A stretch of 64,000 bases of DNA from Clostridia bacterium (GCA_017411745.1 JAFQPM010000021.1:71460-135459); one strand, 5' to 3'. Counted from the stretch's first letter, positions 32,819 to 40,351 are shown. Translations and numbers: made by a program. Notes: generated from the sequence alone by a model not told the origin.

Positions 32819-35242
32819 TTATTCTTCGTTTTTCCAAAATCTTCGGGCAATTTCTGCAAGAGAGGACGGATTTCCTGCAAATTTCATTCCCTTCCACGCC
32901 TCTGGGAGGATGGCTCTGTACTTCGGCTCGGCATACCTGTCGTCGATCAGCACGGCAATGCCTCGGTCGGTCTCGGTACGTATAACTCTGCCCACCGCCT
33001 GAAGCACCGAGTTCATTCCGGGATAGGTGTAAGCGTAGTCGTAGCCCGCACCGCATTTTTCATCGTAATAGTCGCGGATTATGTTGTTTTCGTCTGAAAT
33101 TCCGGGCAATCCGACTCCCACGACTATCGACCCGATAAGTCGCCTGCCGGGCAGGTCAATTCCCTCGGAGAACGAGCCGCCAAGCACGCAAAAGCCCACT
33201 CTGAGCCGTCCGTCATCCTTGAAATCGGAAAGATACGCCTCTTTTTCGGCAGGAGTCATATTTTTCTTCTGCAAAAGCGTCGTCACCTTCGGATATTTGG
33301 CGTGAAAGATCTTGTGGACCTCGTCCATAAAGCTGTACGACGGGAAAAAGACCATATAATTTCCAACCTTTGCGGACACAGTCGCCGCAATGCAAGCAGA
33401 GATCTTCTTGTACGACTTTTCCCTGTCCTCGTACCGTGTGCTTATCTTGTCGACCGCCGCCACGCAAAGATTTTCGCGTGGGAACGGAGACTCAAACTCG
33501 ACCGAGACCGCACGCTCCCCTCCGCCGAGTACGTCGGCGAAATATTCCGTAGGAGTAAGCGTCGCCGAGAAAAGCACCGAAGCCACGGCTCTCTCGAGAG
33601 CGATCGACAGATTGTGCGATGGATCAAGACAGTACAGAAGCACCGAGGTCTTTCCCGCCCCCGTGTTAATAAACGTGAGATAATGACCGTCAAACATCTC
33701 ACACGCCTTTTTGAACTCAAAGACCTTAAAGCCAATATCCTCCGCGGCAAAGTAAGCGGGGTGATCGTAATTATATTTCATCCACGCGTCACATTTTTCG
33801 GAAAAAGCAGAAAGAGACCGAGCAAAATTTTCGGGAAGCTGACGCGCAACGTAGTAACCCACCGCGTTGCCGTCGACGTCGTAGCTCATATCGTTCTTAC
33901 AAAGCCGTTCGAGATCCTCAAACGCGCGAAGCAAGGATAAGCACGCCTCGGTCAGCTTGGAATTCTCCCCCGCCAGTTCAATGAGCGCTTCAAAATCCTC
34001 CGTACCCAAGCGAGAAGAAAACATATCTCTCGCGCGGTCGGGCAGATTGTGCGCCTCGTCCACGAGGAAAATATATCTTCCGCGCTCACCGCCGTCGTCA
34101 AAATATCTCTTGAGATAAACGGTGGGCGAGAAAACGTAGTTGTAGTCGCAAATAATAACGTCGCAAAGCTCCGAAAGATCAAGGGAAAATTCGTAAGGAC
34201 AGATCCCTCTCTCGATAGCAAACGCCTTGATAGCCGCGCTGTCAAATTCACTGCCCGACGAGAGCATCTCCTCGAGCGCCGCGCTCGATCTGTCGTAATA
34301 TCCTTTCGCGTAAGGACAAAGCTCGGGATTGCAATTCGACGACAAGCGCCCCGCGCGAAGCTTCGCCGCGTGATTGGCGCACATGACCTCGCGGGAGGAA
34401 AGCACGCACCCCTTGATCCTCGCGCCGCCCTCGTTAAGCTTGCCGACCGCCGAGAAAGCCTCACGGCGAATGCTTGCCTTCGCAGTCAGATAAAATATTC
34501 TGTCCGCAAGCCCCTCGCCCATCCGCCTGACCGATGGATAAAGCGTCGAGATCGTCTTTCCTATGCCCGTCGGAGCCTGACAGAAAAGTCGGTTTCCCTG
34601 CTTTATGTCGCGGTAACACTCCTTTATCATCTCGGCTTGACTGTCACGGAGCGATCCGTACGGAAACCGCGCACTCGCCGCCGCAAGCATTCTCTCTCTT
34701 GCCCTCTCTCTTAAAAAACGCGCGCGCCAAAGGACAGCGGTCAAAAGCTTCGTGTAAAACGCACGCAATTCATCGACCGTCACGTATTTTTCGTTGTATT
34801 CTATCTCGCCGTCGTCAACGTTGTAGTAAATTATCCTCGCGTTGACTCCGTCAAGCTCCTTCGTCTTGCAGAGAAAGTAAGCGTAGCAGTAAAGCTGCGC
34901 CGTGTGCAAACGGTCTACCACCTTGCTCGCAAATTGCTGCTCTCCCACGGTCTTTATCTCGTCGACCGTGTAGTTTCCGTTATGACATATTATTCCGTCG
35001 GCGCGGCCCTTGACATAAAAGTAGACCTCGTCAAGCTTGCTGGTGTTGCGCAGATCGACCTCGCTGTGATACAAAGCGCCAAAGGAAGTCTGAAGCTTCT
35101 GATGGATCCTCGTGCCCTCAGAGGCACGCTCGCGACGGCTCGAAGCAGGGCGACGGCAATCGATATCTCCGCGCAAAAGCGCCATTTCGCATAGCTCCCG
35201 TACCGACATCTCTATATGATCTCTTTCATTATCGTATCTCAT
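32819..35242 (-). CDS. XPD/DinG-family Fe-S helicase fused to an N-terminal PD-(D/E)XK nuclease domain
   Basis: Residues about 1-100 carry GRADG...x13...VDEIK (D...ExK). Then Walker A CQAPTGIGKT, DEAH box (VDEAHNL), a Cys-rich insert (C..9..C....C...C) between motifs I and II, and a helicase C-terminal domain. RBS GGAGGG. Confidence 0.8.
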   Translation of the reverse strand: MRYDNERDHIEMSVRELCEMALLRGDIDCRRPASSRRERASEGTRIHQKLQTSFGALYHSEVDLRNTSKLDEVYFYVKGRADGIICHNGNYTVDEIKTVGEQQFASKVVDRLHTAQLYCYAYFLCKTKELDGVNARIIYYNVDDGEIEYNEKYVTVDELRAFYTKLLTAVLWRARFLRERARERMLAAASARFPYGSLRDSQAEMIKECYRDIKQGNRLFCQAPTGIGKTISTLYPSVRRMGEGLADRIFYLTAKASIRREAFSAVGKLNEGGARIKGCVLSSREVMCANHAAKLRAGRLSSNCNPELCPYAKGYYDRSSAALEEMLSSGSEFDSAAIKAFAIERGICPYEFSLDLSELCDVIICDYNYVFSPTVYLKRYFDDGGERGRYIFLVDEAHNLPDRARDMFSSRLGTEDFEALIELAGENSKLTEACLSLLRAFEDLERLCKNDMSYDVDGNAVGYYVARQLPENFARSLSAFSEKCDAWMKYNYDHPAYFAAEDIGFKVFEFKKACEMFDGHYLTFINTGAGKTSVLLYCLDPSHNLSIALERAVASVLFSATLTPTEYFADVLGGGERAVSVEFESPFPRENLCVAAVDKISTRYEDREKSYKKISACIAATVSAKVGNYMVFFPSYSFMDEVHKIFHAKYPKVTTLLQKKNMTPAEKEAYLSDFKDDGRLRVGFCVLGGSFSEGIDLPGRRLIGSIVVGVGLPGISDENNIIRDYYDEKCGAGYDYAYTYPGMNSVLQAVGRVIRTETDRGIAVLIDDRYAEPKYRAILPEAWKGMKFAGNPSSLAEIARRFWKNEE

Positions 35243-35285
35243 CGTCGCCCTCCTTTCCTTGTGCTATACGTATCATAATAATGCA

Positions 35286-35315
35286 ATTATATCACATATT
35301 ACGCGCCCTTGTCAA
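35286..35315 (-). promoter_or_regulatory. Promoter of the helicase gene
   Basis: Minus strand reads TTGACA - 18 nt - (TGtga)TATAAT. Confidence 0.65.
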
Positions 35316-35441
35316 TCACCTCACCCCCAAAAATCCCCTCAATAGCCTTCTCCAGTGGGAGAATTGCAGACAAGCTGCGGCAGCCGAAGGCTGACGGATG
35401 AGGATGCACCACTAAAACAAATAATATCTCTATAATACACC

Positions 35442-35468
35442 AAAAGCGCGAGGTCACCCTCGCGCTTT
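35442..35468 (-). terminator. Terminator of LRR lipoprotein A
   Basis: Stem GCGCGAGG/CCTCGCGC extended by A-T pairs, with T-runs on both sides. An identical hairpin recurs at 37691-37718. Confidence 0.8.
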
Positions 35469-35478
35469 GGTTTGAATT

Positions 35479-37398
35479 TTATTCTTCGGGAACATAGTTG
35501 TAAATTATTGTTGCGTTAGTAAGATCAGCATTGTAATCATAAATGCTTATCTCCGCCCACTGCTCCTCCGTGCCGGAGAAGTATACGCTCTCAAGGCTTG
35601 TGCATCCATAGAAAGCAAAATTGCCAATACGTGTAACGCTATCAGGGATTGTTATACTCGTCAGACAACTACAATCATAGAATGCATAATCTACTATGCT
35701 TGTTACACCGTTGGGGATCGTTATACTTGTCAAACTGCTGTCATAGAACGCATTAGAACCAATGCCAACCGTATTTTCGCGCAAAACCGCCTGTGTGGTA
35801 TCACAATCAACTATCCATTTATCCACGTAGGATATTCCGTTTTCTACCTGAATCACTCCGGTACAACCGTAGAACGCAGAATCGCCTATGCTGGTTACAC
35901 TGGCAGGAATAGTTATGCTCGTCAGACCACTACACCCGTAAAAAGCATAAGAACTAATGCCCATAGTGTTTTCTCGTAAAATCGCCTGCGTGATAGAGGT
36001 ATCGCAATCGATTATCCATTTATCTACGTAGGATATTCCATTTTCCATTTGAATGACACCCGTGCAGCCACTGAATGCATAATCGCCTATGTATGTAACA
36101 CTATCTGGGATTGTTACGCTTGTCAACCCGCTACATCTCTGGAATGCACCATTACCAATACTAGTGACACTATCGGGGATCATTATGTTCGAAAGACCGG
36201 AGCATCCTGAGAACGAACCCTCACCAATGCTGGTGACACTGGAGGGTATTGTTATACTCGTCAAACTACTACAACGTCCGAACACGTAAGAATCAATTTT
36301 ATTAACACCATTAGGGATAGCTATGCTAGTCAGATTGTAACAATCATAGAATGCACGTCTACCAATATTAGTTACATTATCGGGAATAGTTATGCTAGTA
36401 AGACCGCTACACCCATAAAACGCATAAGAACTAATGCCCACCGTATTTTCGCGTAAAATTGCCTGAGTAATAGTGATATCGCAATCAACTATCCATTTAC
36501 CTACGTAAGATATTCCATTTTCTATTTGAATCACACTCGTGCAACCGTAAAATGCATCCTCACCAATGCTTGTAACACCATCGGGTATAGTTATGCTATC
36601 CAACCTGCTGCAATTATAGAACGCATATCTGCCAATGCTGGTGACACTATCAGACATCGTTATGCTCATAAGGTTGGAACATCCCGAGAATGCACTATCA
36701 CCAATGCTAGTAACACTGTCAGGTATTGTTATATTCGTAAGGTTGGAACAACAGTAAAACACATTCTCGCCAATGTAGGTTACGCTATCGGGAATAATTA
36801 TACTCGTCAGATTACTACAATTGTAGAACGCACGGTCGTCAACACTTGTAACGATGTATCCACCAGGGGATATAGACGGAATGACGATATCGGTATCAGT
36901 ACAAGTTCCTATTCCACTAACATAGCAAGTACTGCCGTCACTGTTAGTGGTAAATTCTAAACCTTCGCTTACAACTATCTCTTCATCCGTGGTCGCCTCG
37001 GAAGCTTCTGTAGTCTCAGAAGCCACCGTAGTCTCGGATGTTACCGTTGTCTCGGGAGCCTCGGTTGTTTCAGGCGATACAGATGTCTCGGGAATGTCTG
37101 TCGTCTCGGGTGCTACCGTTGTCTCGGGAGTTACTGTCGTTTCCTCACCCTTGGTCGTTTCTTCCGCCTCGGTCGTTTCCTCTGCCTTGGTCGTTTCCTC
37201 TGCCTTGGTCGTTTCCTCTGCCTTGGTCGTTTCCTCTGCCTTGGTCGTTTCCTCTGCCTTGGTCGTTTCCTCTATTTTAGTCGTTTCTTCGGCAGTCGTG
37301 GTCTCTTCCCCGCCGTTCGAACCACCGTCACACGCCGCCAAAGTCAGCAAACAAAGCGCCAAAACCAATAAAACCACCAATAACGATGCTTTTTTCAT
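35479..37398 (-). CDS. BspA-type leucine-rich-repeat (LRR_5) surface lipoprotein A
   Basis: 639 aa from ATG 37398 (RBS GGAGGAAGG). Lipobox LLTLAA-C, then an (EETTKA)n stalk, then many NLTSITIPDSVTSIG..AF..C repeats. Track ORF start 37515 runs through the promoter. Confidence 0.88.
   Translation of the reverse strand: MKKASLLVVLLVLALCLLTLAACDGGSNGGEETTTAEETTKIEETTKAEETTKAEETTKAEETTKAEETTKAEETTEAEETTKGEETTVTPETTVAPETTDIPETSVSPETTEAPETTVTSETTVASETTEASEATTDEEIVVSEGLEFTTNSDGSTCYVSGIGTCTDTDIVIPSISPGGYIVTSVDDRAFYNCSNLTSIIIPDSVTYIGENVFYCCSNLTNITIPDSVTSIGDSAFSGCSNLMSITMSDSVTSIGRYAFYNCSRLDSITIPDGVTSIGEDAFYGCTSVIQIENGISYVGKWIVDCDITITQAILRENTVGISSYAFYGCSGLTSITIPDNVTNIGRRAFYDCYNLTSIAIPNGVNKIDSYVFGRCSSLTSITIPSSVTSIGEGSFSGCSGLSNIMIPDSVTSIGNGAFQRCSGLTSVTIPDSVTYIGDYAFSGCTGVIQMENGISYVDKWIIDCDTSITQAILRENTMGISSYAFYGCSGLTSITIPASVTSIGDSAFYGCTGVIQVENGISYVDKWIVDCDTTQAVLRENTVGIGSNAFYDSSLTSITIPNGVTSIVDYAFYDCSCLTSITIPDSVTRIGNFAFYGCTSLESVYFSGTEEQWAEISIYDYNADLTNATIIYNYVPEE
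37153..37278 (-). repeat. 18-bp in-frame tandem repeat (EETTKA) in the LRR-A stalk
   Basis: Five perfect copies of GGTCGTTTCCTCTGCCTT at 37171-37260, flanked by one degenerate copy on each side. Confidence 0.95.
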
Positions 37399-37433
37399 TT
37401 GTCCTTCCTCCTGAAAAAAATAGAAAACAAAAA

Positions 37434-37455
37434 GTGCGCAGCCGAAACCGCGCAC
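37434..37455 (-). terminator. Terminator-like hairpin inside the 5' leader of LRR-A
   Basis: Sense RNA reads GUGCGCGG-uuucgg-CUGCGCAC followed by UUUUUGUUUUCUAUUUUUUU. It lies between the promoter (-10 at 37487-37492) and the RBS. Confidence 0.6.
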
Positions 37456-37486
37456 CAAGACACGAGCTCCAACTTTATCTCGTTTA

Positions 37487-37515
37487 ATTATATCATCACT
37501 ATCAATATTTGTCAA
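37487..37515 (-). promoter_or_regulatory. Consensus promoter of LRR-A
   Basis: Minus strand reads TTGACA (37515-37510) - 17 nt - (TGa)TATAAT (37492-37487). Confidence 0.8.
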
Positions 37516-37566
37516 TATTCAAAAAGACATCTCCTCCACCCCACAAAATTACCATAAATTTAGGGG

Positions 37567-37595
37567 TTACAATTTTCCGCGATCCGTATTATAAT
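37567..37595 (+). promoter_or_regulatory. Orphan duplicate of the mecA promoter
   Basis: Plus strand reads TTACAA - 17 nt - TATAAT, identical to 39499-39527. No full gene follows. Confidence 0.55.
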
Positions 37596-37690
37596 TTATA
37601 GTAAGAAGATACCCCGAAAGTATTTGTGCCGCCGCGTGCGGCGGATGAAGATGCACCATTAAAACAAACAACCTGTCTACAAAACACACC

Positions 37691-37718
37691 AAAAGCGCGA
37701 GGTCACCCTCGCGCTTTT
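37691..37718. terminator. Terminator of LRR lipoprotein B (bidirectional shape)
   Basis: AAAAGCGCGAGG-tcac-CCTCGCGCTTTT. Confidence 0.8.
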
Positions 37719-37733
37719 GATCTTAAAATATAA

Positions 37734-39326
37734 TCATTCCTCAGGAACGTAGTTGTAAACTATCGTAGCGTTTGTAAGATAAGGATTGTCCCAACCAATA
37801 ATTATCTCCGCCCATTCTTCCTCGCTTCCCATGTAATAAACAGTCGTTAGACTACTGCAATCATTGAACGCATAATGGCCTATGCCCATGATGCTATCAG
37901 GGATAATTATACTCGTCAGACTACTGCAACCGCTGAACGCATAATTAAAAATATTCGTAAGCTGGCTGTTTTCGCCGCAAGCAACGCTCGTCAGACTACT
38001 GCAACCGTCGAACACATAATCGGCAATGATCTTTACGCTATCAGGGATTGTTATACTCGTTAGACTGTAGCACTCATAGAATGCCTTATTGCCAATGCTT
38101 ATAAGCTGGCTGTTTTCGCCAAAAACTACGCTCGTCAGACTGCTGCAACCATCGAACGCAAAATCGGCAATGGTCCTTACGCTATCGGGGATAGCTATAC
38201 TCGTCAGACTGCTGCAACCATCGAACGCAAAATAGCCAATGCTCGTGACGCTATCAGGGATAGTTATACTCGTCAGATTATCGCAATTCGCGAACGCCGC
38301 CTGACCAATGCTCATGACGCCATTGGGTATAGTTATACTAGTCAGACGGTCACATCTCCTGAATGCACCGCCGCCAATGCCGACCGTATCTTCGCGTATA
38401 ACTGCCTGTGTGATATCGGTGTCACAATCAATTATCCATTTATCTACGTAAGATATCCCGTTTTCTATTTGAATCACATCTATGCAACCATTAAACGCAT
38501 CCGGACCAATGCTCGTGACACTGTCGGGAATCGTTATACTCGTAAGACCACTGCAACCAATGAACGCATAATTGCCAATGCTCGCAAGTTGGCTGTTTTC
38601 ACCGAAAATAACGCTTGTCAAAGCACTGCATTCCTCGAACGCAGAATCACCAATGCTTTTAAGTTGGCTGTTTTCGCCGAAAATAACACTCGTCAAAGCA
38701 CTGCATTCCTTGAACACATAATCACCAATGCTTTTAAGTTGGCTGTTTTCGCCGAAAATAACACTCGTCAAAGCACTGCATTCCTCGAACGCACGGTCGC
38801 CTACACTCGTAACGCCATCGGGGATAGTTATGCTCGTCAGATTGCTGCAATCCTCGAATGCGCGATCGTATATACCCGTAACGCGATACCATATACCGTC
38901 ATTATCGCAGAAAACGTCGGGAATGATAAGCTGCTCGCCCATTTCACCCGTATAACCGATTTTCGTTCTGTTGCGTGAATTAACAGTAAAATCAATAGGT
39001 TTTATTACCTCATTATAGGAATCTCCACATTCGAAGCAGGTATACACCGCAAGTCCATTCTTGGTTGCGGTGGGTTCAGTTACTGCAGATTTGTAGTTAT
39101 GTCCGAGTGCATCAATATTCTGTGTTTCCTTTTCACCGCAAGCACAAGTGCGCTCCTGCTCACCCATCTCGGTGCAGGTCGCTTCCCTTATTATAGCCCA
39201 TTCACCGAATGAACAAATATGTTCTTTGGTGGTTTCCCCACCGTTCGAACCGCTATCACACGCCGCCAAAGTCAGCAAACAAAGCGCCAAAACCAATAAA
39301 ACCACCAATAACGATGCTTTTTTCAT
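37734..39326 (-). CDS. BspA-type leucine-rich-repeat (LRR_5) surface lipoprotein B
   Basis: 530 aa from ATG 39326. The signal peptide and lipobox are identical to LRR-A. A Cys-rich module is followed by LRR_5 repeats. The C-terminal 30 aa are near-identical to LRR-A (NATI[IV]YNYVPEE). Confidence 0.88.
   Translation of the reverse strand: MKKASLLVVLLVLALCLLTLAACDSGSNGGETTKEHICSFGEWAIIREATCTEMGEQERTCACGEKETQNIDALGHNYKSAVTEPTATKNGLAVYTCFECGDSYNEVIKPIDFTVNSRNRTKIGYTGEMGEQLIIPDVFCDNDGIWYRVTGIYDRAFEDCSNLTSITIPDGVTSVGDRAFEECSALTSVIFGENSQLKSIGDYVFKECSALTSVIFGENSQLKSIGDSAFEECSALTSVIFGENSQLASIGNYAFIGCSGLTSITIPDSVTSIGPDAFNGCIDVIQIENGISYVDKWIIDCDTDITQAVIREDTVGIGGGAFRRCDRLTSITIPNGVMSIGQAAFANCDNLTSITIPDSVTSIGYFAFDGCSSLTSIAIPDSVRTIADFAFDGCSSLTSVVFGENSQLISIGNKAFYECYSLTSITIPDSVKIIADYVFDGCSSLTSVACGENSQLTNIFNYAFSGCSSLTSIIIPDSIMGIGHYAFNDCSSLTTVYYMGSEEEWAEIIIGWDNPYLTNATIVYNYVPEE
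38576..38800 (-). repeat. Three near-identical 75-bp (25-aa) tandem LRR units
   Basis: Period of 75 bp from CAATGCT... at 38576, 38651 and 38726. Encodes SALTSVIFGENSQL[KA]SIG[DN][YS][AV]F[KEI][EG]C. Confidence 0.9.
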
Positions 39327-39365
39327 TTGTCCTTCCTCCTGAAAATGAAAAATAGGAAACAAAAA

Positions 39366-39387
39366 GTGCGCAGCCGAAACCGCGCAC
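39366..39387 (-). terminator. Terminator-like hairpin inside the 5' leader of LRR-B
   Basis: Same sequence as 37434-37455, followed by a U-rich tract before the RBS. Confidence 0.6.
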
Positions 39388-39418
39388 CAAGACACGAGCT
39401 TCAACTTTATCTCGTTTA

Positions 39419-39447
39419 ATTATATCATCACTATCAATATTTGTCAA
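39419..39447 (-). promoter_or_regulatory. Consensus promoter of LRR-B
   Basis: TTGACA - 17 nt - (TGa)TATAAT, identical to the LRR-A promoter. Confidence 0.8.
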
Positions 39448-39498
39448 TATTCAAAAAGACATCTCCTCCACCCCTCAAAATTACCATAAATTTAGGGG

Positions 39499-39527
39499 TT
39501 ACAATTTTCCGCGATCCGTATTATAAT
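39499..39527 (+). promoter_or_regulatory. mecA promoter
   Basis: TTACAA - 17 nt - TATAAT, about 65 nt upstream of the mecA start and divergent from the LRR-B promoter. Confidence 0.65.
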
Positions 39528-39591
39528 TATAATAAGAAGACACCCCGAAAGGATTTGTGCCGCCGCGCGCGGCGGAATGGAGATCATACAT

Positions 39592-40302
39592 ATGGAATTA
39601 ATACTTATAAGCAACACCAAGCTGAAAATAATGCTCGACGAAAGCGATATGAGAAAATACCACATAGGCAACGAGAGTGACTGTGCCGACTCGGGCACGC
39701 GAAAAGCCATTCGTTCCCTGCTCGAACGAGCGAGAGACCAGATCGGATTTAACACCGAGGGCGAGGAGATCTTCGTCCAGCTCTACACCTCGAAGCGCGG
39801 CGGCTGCGAGCTGTTCGTAACAAAAAGCCAGATCAGCGAAGCCCTCACACCGATGGAAGAACGTCTCAAAAGCCCCGTCGCGTCAAAGGAGTCTGCCGAT
39901 CAGCAAAGAAGAAAAGCTCCGCGCCTCCCCGAAAAAAGACACCCCGAGCTCCCCCCAAGTGAAATATCCGAAAAAGCAACCGAAGAAAAAGCGCTCATCA
40001 AAGAGCACAAATGCTCGCGCATCGCCTTTTCATTCGTTTCCCCAGAGGATCTTTTTGCGGTCTGTAAAATATTGCACCGTTCTAATATACGTCCTAAAAG
40101 CCGCGCCTTTGCCGACGACGAGGGCAATTATTATCTTTTACTGCTCGACGCAGGTATGTCGGCATACTCACGCTTTGACAGACTGACCTTCATCCTTGAA
40201 TACGGCAAGCGAGAAAACCCCGATTGCCTTTCAAGCTACATAAACGAGCACGGCAAGATCATCTGTGACGAAAACGCCATCGAAACGCTCTGCAATTATT
40301 GA
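39592..40302 (+). CDS. mecA: Adaptor protein MecA
   Basis: The N-terminal domain (MELILISNTKLKIML...FVQLYTSKRGGCELFVTK), acidic/basic linker and C-terminal domain ending LEYGK......INEHGK.I....AIE.L parallel Bacillus MecA. ATG 39592 follows GGAG at 9 nt; the track ATG 39577 supplies that GGAG. Confidence 0.75.
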   Translation: MELILISNTKLKIMLDESDMRKYHIGNESDCADSGTRKAIRSLLERARDQIGFNTEGEEIFVQLYTSKRGGCELFVTKSQISEALTPMEERLKSPVASKESADQQRRKAPRLPEKRHPELPPSEISEKATEEKALIKEHKCSRIAFSFVSPEDLFAVCKILHRSNIRPKSRAFADDEGNYYLLLLDAGMSAYSRFDRLTFILEYGKRENPDCLSSYINEHGKIICDENAIETLCNY

Positions 40303-40351
40303 AAATAAAACCGAAATTCCTCACAAAAAGCAAAAATATCGCTCTCGACCC

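Noticed and set aside
37153-37278. Short perfect direct repeats considered as a CRISPR array.
   Set aside because: The 18-bp units are contiguous with no spacers, lie in frame inside a coding region and encode EETTKA. There are no cas genes in the window.
37399-37515. N-terminal extensions in the track ORFs of the LRR genes (MTNIDSDDIIKRDK... starting at 37515 and again at 39447; MKLVSWCAV... starting at 39404).
   Set aside because: These stretches contain the consensus promoter, the leader hairpin and the GGAGG RBS. The lipoprotein signal peptide MKKASLL...LAAC starts at the internal ATG (37398 / 39326).
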